Below, one piece after another: positions 1 through 10,544 of a stretch of DNA of 32,000 nucleotides. Both the position numbers and the translations under genes were made by a program. The stretch comes from Aliivibrio fischeri ES114. Lineage in GTDB: Bacteria > Pseudomonadota > Gammaproteobacteria > Enterobacterales > Vibrionaceae. How positions within the stretch are numbered: the stretch's first letter is position 1; each line of letters begins with the position of its first letter. The notes under the pieces were generated by a model, which had not been told where the DNA came from, searched no databases, and was given only the letters and a program-made list of their open reading frames with translations. The DNA lies in NCBI RefSeq assembly GCF_000011805.1, contig NC_006841.2, one strand, 5' to 3'.

Positions 1-1031
1 ATGGGTTTAGATTTGATTTGGCTGCAACGCTAGGTCGTGAATATGACCAATTTAACCCTAACAATGCTTTTTTTAAAGCCATCGCTCAAGATCCTATCCT
101 AAAGAATACAAAATTGATTGCTGAGCCTTGGGATATTGGCCCTAATGGTTATCAAGTGGGTGAATTTCCAGATGGTTGGAATGAGTGTAGTGATAAATAC
201 AGAGACACAACAAAAAGCTTTTGGCGTGGTGAACAAAACTACTTAAAATCCATTGCTACACGTTTGATGGGCTCTCGTGATCTTGTTAGTGCTTCTCGTT
301 GGCCTCACAAATTACCCGTTAACTACGTGAGTTATCATGATGGATTTACCCTCCAAGATTTAGTTAGCTACAAAAATCGTCATAATCATGCTAATGGTGA
401 AAATAATCGTGATGGTCATGGCGATAACCGCTCCGATAACTACGGTGTAGAAGGGCCAACAGACAACCCTAGAATCATTGCGTTACGTGAAAAACAGAAG
501 CGTAATATGATGACTACTCTATTATTTAGTTTTGGAATACCACATCTTCTAGCTGCAGATGCATGCTCGCATACGCAACAGGGTAATAATAATGCTTATT
601 GCCAAGACAGTGAAATTAGCTGGGTTAATTGGAATTTAGATCCAACTGCGCAAGAATTTAAGATCTGGCTTTCAGATATGATTCATGCAAGACAGAAACA
701 TATTGTCCCAATCATTAATGCTTTTAGTGGTTCAAAAAGAAGCCATCAAAAAGTCGAGTGGTATACACCTGATGGACGAACCATGACACATAACGATTGG
801 CATGGAGCAAAATCACTGTGCTTACATTTGAATATTTACGATGGTGAAAAAGAGTTGTTAATTATGATTAATCAATCAAACATACCGACTCGATTTGTTC
901 TCCCTAAACTGACTAAACAAGCGAACTGGTCTTTAGTCTGTGATACTCAATATTCCAAAGTAAAACCAAAACCGATTGTTTTTGATTACAGCTTATCTCC
1001 TCTTTCTATCGCTGTATTCTGCAACAAATGA
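1..1031 (+). CDS. glgX: Glycogen debranching enzyme GlgX, C-terminal part (truncated at window start)
   Basis: Frame is open to base 1 (reads ..GFRFDLAATLGREYDQF..); contains KLIAEPWDIGPNGYQVGEFP, NYVSYHDGFTLQDLVSY and NGENNRDGHGDNRSDNYG motifs typical of GlgX. Confidence 0.93.
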   Translation, partial: GFRFDLAATLGREYDQFNPNNAFFKAIAQDPILKNTKLIAEPWDIGPNGYQVGEFPDGWNECSDKYRDTTKSFWRGEQNYLKSIATRLMGSRDLVSASRWPHKLPVNYVSYHDGFTLQDLVSYKNRHNHANGENNRDGHGDNRSDNYGVEGPTDNPRIIALREKQKRNMMTTLLFSFGIPHLLAADACSHTQQGNNNAYCQDSEISWVNWNLDPTAQEFKIWLSDMIHARQKHIVPIINAFSGSKRSHQKVEWYTPDGRTMTHNDWHGAKSLCLHLNIYDGEKELLIMINQSNIPTRFVLPKLTKQANWSLVCDTQYSKVKPKPIVFDYSLSPLSIAVFCNK

Positions 1032-1066
1032 AACAAGTAAGCTAAGAATCATACAAGGTATATAAT

Positions 1067-1097
1067 AAAAAAGGAGGCTAATAATAGCCTCCTTTTT
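1067..1097. terminator. Rho-independent terminator after glgX, probably bidirectional
   Basis: AAAAAAGGAGGCT-AATAAT-AGCCTCCTTTTT stem-loop with flanking A/T tracts. Confidence 0.85.
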
Positions 1098-1113
1098 AGT
1101 AACTAAGCTGAAA

Positions 1114-1215
1114 TTAATCGTCTTGCTTAACCTCAGATTTTACACGTCCTTTGTGATATGTCCTATACGCTAAAACCGTCAGCGTAATTATTAATTTGGA
1201 TGTCATCCAGATCAT
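1114..1215 (-). CDS. Possible unannotated 33-aa small ORF, one hydrophobic segment (MIWMTSKLIITLTVLAYRTYHKGRVKSEVKQDD)
   Basis: Read manually on the minus strand: ATG at 1215-1213, TAA at 1116-1114, hydrophobic N-terminal half and charged tail, followed directly by a terminator hairpin; AGGTAG lies about 11 nt upstream. Confidence 0.3.
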   Translation of the reverse strand: MIWMTSKLIITLTVLAYRTYHKGRVKSEVKQDD

Positions 1216-1390
1216 ATACGAACAATCTACCTTTATTCAAAATGGTGTGTAAAAGAGAAAGTCTCTTGTTCTTAGTCGCCCCAATGTCATGAAACAGTCA
1301 GAATTATATCAAAATACACCATTCCTGTCACACTGTTACACATAAAAATAACAATGCGTACATTTTTCTATAAAGGTATCGCTTTTACTG

Positions 1391-2332
1391 CTAGATAATT
1401 TCAGCCAAACGATCTTGCACCACGCCCACAATCAAGTCTGGTTGGAACTTTGAAATAAAGCGATTACAACCGACCTTTTGAACCATTGCATCATTGAAAC
1501 TGCCACTTAATGACGTGTTCAATGTGATGAATAAATCATTCATACGATGATCATTTCGCACTTCATGAGTTAATCGATAACCATCCATCTCTGGCATTTC
1601 GGCATCAGTGATCATCAATAATATTTCATCATTAACGTTTTTGCCTTCATCACACCAACTTTTCAATAGATCTAAAGCTTGGCGACCATCACTTCTTTCT
1701 ATCACTTCAAGTCCTAATTGTTGTAATGTATTTCGAACTTGAGCTCTAGCAGTACTTGAATCATCAACAATAAGTACTTTTCTGCCATGCATGTGAACAG
1801 CTAGCCGTTCATCTAACACACCTTCTGAAATGGTAATGTCATAATCAATAATGTCCGCCAATACTTTTTCGACATCGATAATCTCAACAATACGTGTTGT
1901 ATTTGGTTCAACTTCAACTTGAGTAAGCGCAGTTAAAAAATTATTACGACCTACGGTTTTTGGTGGTGGTTGAATGTCTGCCCACGTTGTATTAATAATG
2001 TTCTGTACTTGTCCAACTAAGAAGCCTTGAGTGGTACGGTTATATTCGGTAATAATTAAGTTGGTTTCTTCTTCACTCCCCATCGGTCTCATACCAATGG
2101 CGCCACGCAGATCGATAACAGGCACTGACTCACCACGTAAACTTGCTACGCCTGATATATGATGGTGTGAACCTGGTAATTTGGTTAATGCAGGAACCTT
2201 TAAAATCTCTTTTACTTTAAAAACGTTAATTGCAAAAATCTGAGTGGTATTAAGTTTAAAAAGTAACAATTCCAATCTATTTTCACCCACTAACTGGGTA
2301 CGTTGATCAACGCTATTTAACATTCCACTCAT
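1391..2332 (-). CDS. cheV: Chemotaxis coupling protein CheV (CheW-like domain plus receiver domain)
   Basis: N-terminal CheW-like part (LLLFKLNTTQIFAINVFKVKEILK, GVASLRGESVPVIDLRGAIG) and C-terminal receiver domain (VLIVDDSSTARAQVRNTL, LMITDAEMPEMDGYRLTHEVR). Confidence 0.9.
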   Translation of the reverse strand: MSGMLNSVDQRTQLVGENRLELLLFKLNTTQIFAINVFKVKEILKVPALTKLPGSHHHISGVASLRGESVPVIDLRGAIGMRPMGSEEETNLIITEYNRTTQGFLVGQVQNIINTTWADIQPPPKTVGRNNFLTALTQVEVEPNTTRIVEIIDVEKVLADIIDYDITISEGVLDERLAVHMHGRKVLIVDDSSTARAQVRNTLQQLGLEVIERSDGRQALDLLKSWCDEGKNVNDEILLMITDAEMPEMDGYRLTHEVRNDHRMNDLFITLNTSLSGSFNDAMVQKVGCNRFISKFQPDLIVGVVQDRLAEII

Positions 2333-2524
2333 AGATATAGCTCACTTAATAATATAGTGCCGTCAAAATAAACGGCGATGATTTTTATAACACTTTAATA
2401 TATAGGTTATCGGCAGATTTGAGATGTCTTTAACAAGTTAGTGCAAAAAAATAGACAATAATGTTACTATTCTTCGCATAAGCACCAGATAAGGTGTGTG
2501 TTATACTAAATTAAAGGAATTTTT

Positions 2525-3766
2525 ATGTCGCAAGCCCAACCATTACTCGTTCGTATGATGAATACAAACATCGTTATACAAATTTTAATAGGTATTATCG
2601 CAGGTGTGGCTCTCGCTACGTTAGCGCCAAACCTAGCTATCTCTGCAGGACTTTTTGGTGAACTATTTGTTAGTGCATTAAAAGCCGTTGCTCCAATACT
2701 TGTATTCATTCTTGTTGCTGCTTCTATCGCTAACCAAAAGCGTGGACAGAACTCAAATATGAAACCAGTTATCGTATTATATCTTGTTGGTACGTTCTGC
2801 GCTTCATTAACTGCTGTTGTAATGAGTTTTCTTTTTCCTACCACATTAACTCTTGTTATCGACGCAGCAACCAATACCGCTCCAGAAGGTATTGTTGAAG
2901 TCATTAATACCCTATTATTTAAAATCATTGATAACCCAATCAATGCATTAATGACGGGTAACTTTATTGGTATTCTTGGTTGGGCTGTTGCTCTAGGCTT
3001 AGGTTTACACTCTGCATCTGATGCGACAAAAAAAATCTTTGTTGATTTATCAAACTGTATCTCTGCAATCGTAACGGTTGTTATTCGCTTTGCACCAATT
3101 GGTATCTTTGGTCTTGTATCTCACACGTTTGCTGAAACAGGTTTTGCTGTACTTGCAGGTTACTCTCACCTATTAGCAGTATTACTTGGTTCAATGGCGT
3201 TCATCGCTTTAATCGTAAACCCATTAATCGTTTATATCCGTACTCGTCGTAATCCTTACCCATTAGTATTTTTATGCCTACGTGAAAGTGGTGTAACGGC
3301 ATTCTTCACACGAAGCTCTGCGGCAAACATCCCAGTTAACATGGCATTATGTGAGCGTCTTAACCTACATAAAGATACTTACTCTGTATCTATCCCACTA
3401 GGCGCAACCATCAACATGGCAGGTGCTGCTATCACAATCACAGTACTAACGCTTGCTGCAGTAAATACTGCAGGTGTAGAGGTTGACTTAGCAACAGCAT
3501 TATTACTAAGCCTTGTAGCTGCAGTATCGGCATGTGGTGCATCAGGTGTTGCTGGTGGCTCACTACTACTAATCCCACTAGCTTGTAGCTTATTTGGTAT
3601 TTCAAACGACATTGCGATGCAAGTTGTTGCTATCGGCTTTATCATTGGTGTTGTACAAGATTCAGCAGAAACGGCTCTAAATAGTTCTACAGATGTACTG
3701 TTCACCACTGCGGCGTGTCGTAAAGCAGATAACCCATACAAGCCACTGGTTCAGCCAACTAACTAA
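2525..3766 (+). CDS. sstT: Serine/threonine:Na+ symporter SstT (DAACS family)
   Basis: Full-length 413 aa dicarboxylate/amino-acid:cation symporter sequence with [13 protein letters not shown]-like, [39 protein letters not shown] and [20 protein letters not shown] segments. Confidence 0.92.
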   Translation: MSQAQPLLVRMMNTNIVIQILIGIIAGVALATLAPNLAISAGLFGELFVSALKAVAPILVFILVAASIANQKRGQNSNMKPVIVLYLVGTFCASLTAVVMSFLFPTTLTLVIDAATNTAPEGIVEVINTLLFKIIDNPINALMTGNFIGILGWAVALGLGLHSASDATKKIFVDLSNCISAIVTVVIRFAPIGIFGLVSHTFAETGFAVLAGYSHLLAVLLGSMAFIALIVNPLIVYIRTRRNPYPLVFLCLRESGVTAFFTRSSAANIPVNMALCERLNLHKDTYSVSIPLGATINMAGAAITITVLTLAAVNTAGVEVDLATALLLSLVAAVSACGASGVAGGSLLLIPLACSLFGISNDIAMQVVAIGFIIGVVQDSAETALNSSTDVLFTTAACRKADNPYKPLVQPTN

Positions 3767-3790
3767 TCATTGGTTTATAAAAACACATAA

Positions 3791-3820
3791 AAAATGGCCG
3801 CTCGTTTGAGCGGCCATTTT
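3791..3820. terminator. Bidirectional terminator between convergent sstT and the DUF1275 gene
   Basis: AAAATGGCCGCTC-GTTT-GAGCGGCCATTTT perfect stem. Confidence 0.9.
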
Positions 3821-3837
3821 TATATTAAAATACCAAC

Positions 3838-4500
3838 CTAAATCTCTTTATGTTGATATAAATAAATTGAATATGACATAGCTAATAAAGCACATAGTGT
3901 CGCAGGTATTGCTAGTGTATTAATTTCTAAAATTGGATAAAAATATCCACCAATGGTGCCACCAAAAATAAAACCAAATGCAATATAAAGATATAGCGCC
4001 AGTCGACGATGGTGAATAGGCTCTCCTTTAAGCTTCATTCCAAGCATGATACCTAAATCGGTTAATACGCCTGTTACATGTGTCGTTCGAACAACCGCAC
4101 CACTATACGTCGTAACCAAACCATTTTGTAAACCACACGCAGCAGAAGCGAAATAGTGCCCCCACTGACTGCCTTCATTAAGAACAATCATTGCAGCAAA
4201 CAACAATCCACTTTCAATAATTAAAGCAAAATTATAACGACGACCAAGCTTTAAAGCTGAGCAACCAACAATCAAACTGCTTAATGAAGATCCAAGAATA
4301 AAGCTAATAATGATAAATAATAAGTGCCAAGTCGTATCATTAAACCCAAGTAGTTGAGTGCCTAATAATGTCGCCGTCCCTGATAAGTGTGAGATAGATT
4401 GATGTTGAAAACCGAGTAAACCAACAGAATTTGTAATGCCTGCTAATAAAGCGAGAAAGAAGGTGCCATATTCGACCCATTTAGGAAGTTTTGAAATCAC
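3838..4500 (-). CDS. YoaK/DUF1275-family multi-spanning membrane protein
   Basis: 220 aa; LLAGITNSVGLLGFQHQSISHLSGTATLLGTQL, CGLQNGLVTTYSGAVVRTTHVTGVLTDLGIMLG typical of DUF1275. Confidence 0.82.
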   Translation of the reverse strand: MISKLPKWVEYGTFFLALLAGITNSVGLLGFQHQSISHLSGTATLLGTQLLGFNDTTWHLLFIIISFILGSSLSSLIVGCSALKLGRRYNFALIIESGLLFAAMIVLNEGSQWGHYFASAACGLQNGLVTTYSGAVVRTTHVTGVLTDLGIMLGMKLKGEPIHHRRLALYLYIAFGFIFGGTIGGYFYPILEINTLAIPATLCALLAMSYSIYLYQHKEI

Positions 4501-4575
4501 GATACATTACCTAGCCAGTAAAGAGCGTTATTCTATACCTTAGAATCAAAATGTGCATGATCTACCGCAAAATAA

Positions 4576-4600
4576 AAAGGAAGACATTACGCCTTCCTTT
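4576..4600. terminator. Likely terminator downstream of glgA
   Basis: AAAGGAAG-ACATTACGC-CTTCCTTT stem-loop just beyond the glgA stop. Confidence 0.65.
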
Positions 4601-4627
4601 AAAAGTTAACTCATTTTTGATTATTTA

Positions 4628-6091
4628 TTAACTATTTATAGCTGTTCGATACATTTCTATGTATTTTAGTGCCGCTTTATTCCAGCAAAAATCTTGTTTC
4701 ATAGCATGCAATTGGACACGTTTTACTTCATTGAGGTTTTGGCTATAAAGTAATAACGAGCGCATAAGCACAAGTAATAACTCCATAGGTTCAGGATTTT
4801 TAAAACTAAATCCTGTCGCATTTTCAATGTCATCATCGTAGTTATTGACGCTGTCTTTCAAACCTCCTACTTCACGCACTATTGGCAAAGTACCGTAAGC
4901 CATGCTGTAGATCTGATTTAAGCCACAAGGTTCAAACTCTGATGGCATGATAAAGAAATCGGAACCAGCCTCTACCCAATGTGCAAGTTTATTATCGTAT
5001 GCTTCAACAAACGCAAACTTGTCACTATGCTCTTGTGCTATCTCTGTTAGACGAGTAGCAAGTACGGGGTCTCCTGTACCTACAATGACAAGCTGTAAAT
5101 CATTTTTCAGAAACTGCTCTAAGATAGGTAACAAATACTGAATGCCTTTTTGATTAGTCAAACGACAAACCATACCGTACATAGCAACGTCTTTTTGAGG
5201 TAATGATAGTTCTTGCTGCAATGCAGCCTTACATGCCTTTTTACCTCGAACCATACTTATTCGGTTTACTTTAAATTGCTTAGGAATGTAACTGTCTTTT
5301 TCTGGGTTCCATTCACTGTAATCACAGCCATTTAAAATCCCAATCAAATCTGATTCGCGATCTTGAAAGTCACTTGCCATGCCATGAGATCCTAGCTCAG
5401 TAAGTAACTCTTTTGCATAATTCGGACTAACCGCATTAATCTTATCGGCGCACTGAACCCCAGCCTTGAGCATACTAACATGCGTATGACTTATCGACGC
5501 TTCTGGAACAAAATGAGATTTAAATTCAGACAAACAAGCAATTTCATCGTAATGAAAAATACCTTTAAACACTGCATTATGAATGGATAAAACACTTCGG
5601 GTTTGATGGTAAAACTCATTTTCCACATAGCGTTTTTTCAATAAATAAGGAATGAGGCCTGTATGCCAATCATTTACATGAATAATATCAGGTTTTTTAT
5701 TCAGTAATTTAGGAAGCAGATCTAATGTCGCAGCACTAAAGAAAGCAAAGCGTTCTCCATTGTCAGCATAGGCTTGATTATTTTCAGCATACATCTCAGC
5801 ACGTTCAAAATAATCTCCAGATTCAATGGCGAATACTGGAATTCCATCAACATTAAGTGATCTAACTTGATATGCAGTATGAGGCCAATGCTCTAATTGC
5901 GTCGTTAGAATAATTTCAGCATCATCTCGACCAGCAATCGTCTTATAAGCAGGCATAACTATTTGAACGCTATGCCCCAGCTCTTTTAATGACTTAGGCA
6001 GAGCCTTGGCAACATCTGCCAAGCCTCCACTTTTTATTAACCCGTCAACTTCAGATGCTACAAATACAATTGATAGCGTCTTAGTAACCAA
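4628..6091 (-). CDS. glgA: Glycogen synthase GlgA
   Basis: VFVASEVDGLIKSGGLADVAKALPKSL (KxGGL), HVNDWHTGLIPY, SVLSIHNAVFKG, MPSEFEPCGLNQIYSMAYGTLPIVREVGGL. The supplied ORF runs to 6127; AAGGAG then TTG at 6091 gives the better N-terminus (MVTKTLSIVFVASE). Confidence 0.93.
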   Translation of the reverse strand: MVTKTLSIVFVASEVDGLIKSGGLADVAKALPKSLKELGHSVQIVMPAYKTIAGRDDAEIILTTQLEHWPHTAYQVRSLNVDGIPVFAIESGDYFERAEMYAENNQAYADNGERFAFFSAATLDLLPKLLNKKPDIIHVNDWHTGLIPYLLKKRYVENEFYHQTRSVLSIHNAVFKGIFHYDEIACLSEFKSHFVPEASISHTHVSMLKAGVQCADKINAVSPNYAKELLTELGSHGMASDFQDRESDLIGILNGCDYSEWNPEKDSYIPKQFKVNRISMVRGKKACKAALQQELSLPQKDVAMYGMVCRLTNQKGIQYLLPILEQFLKNDLQLVIVGTGDPVLATRLTEIAQEHSDKFAFVEAYDNKLAHWVEAGSDFFIMPSEFEPCGLNQIYSMAYGTLPIVREVGGLKDSVNNYDDDIENATGFSFKNPEPMELLLVLMRSLLLYSQNLNEVKRVQLHAMKQDFCWNKAALKYIEMYRTAINS

Positions 6092-7298
6092 CTCTCTCTC
6101 CTTTAGGGATAACAACAATACCCTCATCTGATACGTGGTATCTTTTCTTATCTTCTTGAAGGTTTACACCAATTTCAGTTCCTGGAGCTATATCTGCACC
6201 TTTATCGACAATCACTCGGCGCAAAACACAACCTTTACCGACTTTCACATTACCTAACAAAATACTTTCACTAATATCACAAGCGGATGCAATATTACTT
6301 CTAAAACCCAGTACTGATTTTTCAATACGTGAACCACGGATATAGCTACCACCACAAACGAGACTATCAATAATCTGCACTCGACCATTATCTGAATCAG
6401 AGAAAGTCGCAGGTGGTAATGGAGGATAATAAGTATGAAGTGGCCATTTGCGGTTATATAAAGAAAATGGAGCATCTTTCTTTAATAGGTCCATATGAGC
6501 TTCCCAATACGATTCAATCGTACCTACATCACGCCAGTAAACCTCTTTCTTTTCACCTTTAATATGATTTGTACTAAAATCGTAAACGTAAACATTCCCT
6601 TCTGGAAACATTTTAGGAATGATATCTTTACCAAAGTCATGAGAAGAATCTTCAAGCGCCGCATCATGGATCAATTCTTTACAAAGACTCTCTGCTTCAA
6701 AAATGTAGTTACCCATTGATACCAAAGCGATGCCAGGTTGGCCCGGGATACATTTAGGATTCGATGGTTTTTCTTCAAAGCCGATCATTTTGCCATGTTC
6801 ATCAACTTCAATAACACCAAAGCCAGAGGCATCTTTTGCAGGCATGCGTAGTGCTGATACCGTTAATGCTGCTTTTTTCTTTTTATGAAAATCAAGCATT
6901 TGGCGAATATCCATTTTATAAATATGATCAGAACCGAAAATACATACATGTTCAGGATCTGTTGATTCTATAAAACTGATATTTTGATATATAGCATCCG
7001 CCGTCCCTTCATACCAACGCTTACCTGTTCGCATTTGAGCAGGAACAGGATCAATAAAGCGATCTGTTATTCCATTTACATTCCAACCTTTTTTCATATG
7101 TTGAAAAAGTGATTGAGATTTAAATTGAGTTAATACATAAATTCGCATTAAATCAGCATTTACAAAATTATTTAATGCAAAATCAATTAAGCGATAACTG
7201 CCACCAAATGGTACTGCAGGTTTGGTTCTTGATTCCGTTAATGGGCGTAGACGTGAGCCTTCACCACCAGCCAAAATCATCCCTAATACACCAGCCAT
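6081..7298 (-). CDS. glgC: Glucose-1-phosphate adenylyltransferase GlgC
   Basis: GVLGMILAGGEGSRLRPLTESRTKPAVPFGGSYRLIDFALNNFVNA, FGSDHIYKMD; GGGAG ribosome-binding site upstream of ATG 7298; overlaps glgA by 11 nt. Confidence 0.95.
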   Translation of the reverse strand: MAGVLGMILAGGEGSRLRPLTESRTKPAVPFGGSYRLIDFALNNFVNADLMRIYVLTQFKSQSLFQHMKKGWNVNGITDRFIDPVPAQMRTGKRWYEGTADAIYQNISFIESTDPEHVCIFGSDHIYKMDIRQMLDFHKKKKAALTVSALRMPAKDASGFGVIEVDEHGKMIGFEEKPSNPKCIPGQPGIALVSMGNYIFEAESLCKELIHDAALEDSSHDFGKDIIPKMFPEGNVYVYDFSTNHIKGEKKEVYWRDVGTIESYWEAHMDLLKKDAPFSLYNRKWPLHTYYPPLPPATFSDSDNGRVQIIDSLVCGGSYIRGSRIEKSVLGFRSNIASACDISESILLGNVKVGKGCVLRRVIVDKGADIAPGTEIGVNLQEDKKRYHVSDEGIVVIPKGERVGY

Positions 7299-7591
7299 GT
7301 GTTCTCCCTGAGATTATTATTAATATAGATAGAATTTCTTGAATTCTTTATTTTGAGATTAAGTTAACATAAATTATTTACAAATCTGTGAAATGTTTCG
7401 TTTATATTCACTTGCAAAATAAATTCATTCAATACTGTGCTCCAGCTCAATTTTTAAGCTATATACAACACAAATGGTTAACAATAATTTTACCAAGCCA
7501 TTATATAATCATGCGTACTTTAAAATATGTATTGAAACTTAACTATCTCAATGCAATGATTTCTCTTCATTCGCTTTCAGGAAGTGTAGAT

Positions 7592-8245
7592 ATGGCAGTA
7601 AGTCTTTTTAAACAATTGCAAATAGTTTGGGATTATCACCTTGTAAATCAAGAGATTAGAAAATCAGATGCTATCTTTGTTTTATGTAGCTACGATCTAA
7701 GAGTGGCAGAACATGCAGCCCAACTTTATTTAGATGGCTATGCGCCGTTACTTATATTTTCAGGGGCTCAGGGTAGAGCGACAGAAGGATTATTCACTTT
7801 AAGTGAAGCTGAAACATTTGCAAATGTAGCAAAAGACATGGGAGTCCCCTCCTCTGCTATTATTGTTGAAACAAAAGCAACCAATACAGGTGAAAATATC
7901 TTTTTCACTCAAGCATTATTAAAAGAAAGAAATATATCGGTTTCATCACTTATTTTAGTTCAGAAACCTTATATGGAGCGTCGATTATTAGCAACATTCT
8001 TAAAAAACTGGAATGATATAGAATTCTGTATCAGCTCACCTAATATTAGTTTTATCAATTACCCTACCGATGAAATTACATTTGACCATATTGCAAGTAT
8101 TATATTAGGTGAATTACATAGACTAAAAGTTTACCCCACATTAGGTTATCAAGAAGCACAAGAAATACCTGATGAGGTATGGCAAGCATTTGAAAATTTA
8201 ACTCAACTTGGGTTTGATGAGTATTTACTGACTAACGATAATTAA
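7592..8245 (+). CDS. YdcF-like DUF218/ElyC-SanA family protein
   Basis: DAIFVLCSYDLRVAEHAAQLYLDGYAPLLIFSGAQG...ETKATNTGENIFFTQALLKE...LVQKPYMERRLLATF is a DUF218 pattern. The supplied ORF starts at 7388, but ATG 7592 has AGGAAG upstream. Confidence 0.75.
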   Translation: MAVSLFKQLQIVWDYHLVNQEIRKSDAIFVLCSYDLRVAEHAAQLYLDGYAPLLIFSGAQGRATEGLFTLSEAETFANVAKDMGVPSSAIIVETKATNTGENIFFTQALLKERNISVSSLILVQKPYMERRLLATFLKNWNDIEFCISSPNISFINYPTDEITFDHIASIILGELHRLKVYPTLGYQEAQEIPDEVWQAFENLTQLGFDEYLLTNDN

Positions 8246-8285
8246 TATCAATTCAAATAAAGAACAGACTCCTAATTCTTTTAAT

Positions 8286-8323
8286 AAAAAGCCCTAAATC
8301 AGAAACTGACTTGAGGGCTTTTT
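8286..8323. terminator. Bidirectional terminator between ydcF-like gene and glgB
   Basis: AAAAAGCCCT...AGGGCTTTTT with an inner TCAG-AAA-CTGA pairing. Confidence 0.88.
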
Positions 8324-8343
8324 TCATTCATACTTATGATTTG

Positions 8344-10530
8344 TTATTTTAAACGATAAAAGACCGTAGAAAGCGGTGGTAACGTAATAACAATAGATTG
8401 TGCTAATCCTTGAGACTCAACCTTCTCTGTAGATGCTTCACTAATTACAGAGTAATCACTGCCCCCATAAAAATGAGCATCACTGTTTAAAATCAACTCA
8501 TACTGACCAGCAACAGGCATTCCTAAACGGAAATCCTCTCTTGGTGCTGGTGTAAAGTTACTAACAACGAGAATTCGCTCACCATTATCACCTAAACGTT
8601 CATGAGCTAGAACACTCATTTCTGCTTCATCTTGTAGTCGCCACTCAAAACCAGCAGGCTCACAATCTTTTTGATAAAGCGCAGGCTCTGTTGTGTATAA
8701 TTTATTTAAATCACGCACTAGCGATTGCATACCAGAGTGACGCTCAAATTGAGTTAAGAACCACTGTAATTGACCATCATGATCCCACTCTGCACTTTGA
8801 GCTATTTCAGCCCCCATGAAGTTTAATTTCTTACCCGGCTGACCATACATATACCCCATATAGGCACGTAAGTTTGCCGTTTTTTGCCATTCATCTCCAG
8901 GCATTTTATCTAAGATTGAGCCTTTTCCATAAACCACTTCATCGTGTGAAAGCGAAAGGATAAAGTTCTCACTAAATGCATAAACTAGCGGGAAAGTGAT
9001 GGTATCGTGGTGATATTTTCGATGAATTGGGTCTTCTCTAATGTAATTTAAGCTGTCATGCATCCAACCCATGTTCCACTTAAAGCCAAAGCCCAAACCA
9101 CCAGCAAAAGTAGGAGCTGAAACCCCAGGAAAAGCCGTTGATTCTTCCGCAATGGTCATCGCATTAGGATAATGTGAATACACCTCTTCGTTCATCCACT
9201 TTAATAAAGCGATGGCTCCGTGGTTATGATTTCCACCTTCCCAGTTAGGGATCCATTCGCCATCATTACGCGAATAATCAAGGTAAAGCATTGATGCTAC
9301 AGCATCGACACGCAAACCATCGATATGGAAATGCTCAAACCAATATAATGCATTAGAAACTAAAAATTCACGCACATGAGGTTGGTCATAATTGTAAATA
9401 AAGCTCTGCCAATCATTGTGCCATCCACGACGAGGGTCAGGATCATTAAACAAAGATGTTCCATCAAAATTCGCCAAACCATGTGAATCCGATGGGAAAT
9501 GAGCAGGAACCCAATCTAGTACGACACCAATACCAACTTGGTGGCATTGATCGACAAAATATTTAAAATCATCAGGCGTACCAAAACGACTCGTTGGTGA
9601 AAATAGCCCAATTGGTTGATAGCCCCATGAACCATAAAATGGATGTTCTGATACTGGCATTAGCTCTATGTGCGTATAACCCATATCTAAAATATAAGGT
9701 ATTAATTGCTCAGCTAACTCACGATAGGTTAAGAAATCGCCATTTTCATTTCTCTTCCAAGACCCTGCATGCAATTCATAGAATGAAAGCGCTTCTTTCT
9801 GCTTTTCAGTTACTGGTCTTTGCTGCCATTTGGCATCATTCCACTGATAAGAAGTTTGATCATATACCACAGATGCAAATGATGGATACTGCTCATTATG
9901 AGCGCCATAAGGATCCATTTTATGAGGAAGTGATTCTCCATTTGGTCCTTTTAACTCAAATTTATACTTAGTACCAACAGCATGTTCAGGTATAAATAAC
10001 GCCCAAAGTCCGTTATCTATACGTTGCATAATATGACGACGGCCATCCCACTGGTTAAAATCACCAATAACGCTAGCTGAAGAGGCATTAGGGGCAAAGA
10101 CTAAATAACGAACGCCTTGAATTTGCTTACCGTCACGAACAACGTTAAATAGATGCGCCCCTAAATGGTTATACATCTCTTTTGGTGTATGAACTTGCGC
10201 ATCCGTAGGGGAAATATCGTGGTATTGATATGGGTCATCAAGAATTTGTTCAGTTCCACTCCAATCGATAATTAATTCATAATGAACTTCTGTCATATCA
10301 ATGCTTTCATTTAATACAAAAATACCCGAATGTCTCGGGTCTGAAAGCAATTGATATTCAACATGACCAGATAATCGTACTTTTACCGATGTAGCACCTG
10401 GAAGCCAAACTCGTAGTGCTGTCGTTTGACTTTGATATTGTGGACCTAGAAAAGAAAATGGATCAGAAAAAGCAGCCCTTTCGAGCTGCATGTAGATGTC
10501 CTTTTCTTTACGTTCAACAAGTAAGTTCAA
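8344..10530 (-). CDS. glgB: 1,4-alpha-glucan branching enzyme GlgB
   Basis: [85 protein letters not shown]. Start uncertain: TTG 10530 preceded by AAGGAG, or internal ATG 10491 preceded by AAGGA. Confidence 0.95.
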   Translation of the reverse strand: MNLLVERKEKDIYMQLERAAFSDPFSFLGPQYQSQTTALRVWLPGATSVKVRLSGHVEYQLLSDPRHSGIFVLNESIDMTEVHYELIIDWSGTEQILDDPYQYHDISPTDAQVHTPKEMYNHLGAHLFNVVRDGKQIQGVRYLVFAPNASSASVIGDFNQWDGRRHIMQRIDNGLWALFIPEHAVGTKYKFELKGPNGESLPHKMDPYGAHNEQYPSFASVVYDQTSYQWNDAKWQQRPVTEKQKEALSFYELHAGSWKRNENGDFLTYRELAEQLIPYILDMGYTHIELMPVSEHPFYGSWGYQPIGLFSPTSRFGTPDDFKYFVDQCHQVGIGVVLDWVPAHFPSDSHGLANFDGTSLFNDPDPRRGWHNDWQSFIYNYDQPHVREFLVSNALYWFEHFHIDGLRVDAVASMLYLDYSRNDGEWIPNWEGGNHNHGAIALLKWMNEEVYSHYPNAMTIAEESTAFPGVSAPTFAGGLGFGFKWNMGWMHDSLNYIREDPIHRKYHHDTITFPLVYAFSENFILSLSHDEVVYGKGSILDKMPGDEWQKTANLRAYMGYMYGQPGKKLNFMGAEIAQSAEWDHDGQLQWFLTQFERHSGMQSLVRDLNKLYTTEPALYQKDCEPAGFEWRLQDEAEMSVLAHERLGDNGERILVVSNFTPAPREDFRLGMPVAGQYELILNSDAHFYGGSDYSVISEASTEKVESQGLAQSIVITLPPLSTVFYRLK

Positions 10531-10544
10531 CGTAAATACTCCTT

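Noticed and set aside
1250-1268. Short AAGAGA-AAG-TCTCTT stem downstream of cheV as a terminator
   Set aside because: Only 6 bp and AT-rich; possible weak terminator but not strong enough to list.
2506-2943. Antisense ORF of 145 aa opposite sstT
   Set aside because: Fully opposite a clear SstT coding sequence and has low-complexity shadow composition; no independent support.
3379-3741. Antisense 120-aa ORF in sstT
   Set aside because: Shadow ORF of a highly confident gene, rich in Ala/Ser/Thr as expected from reverse translation.
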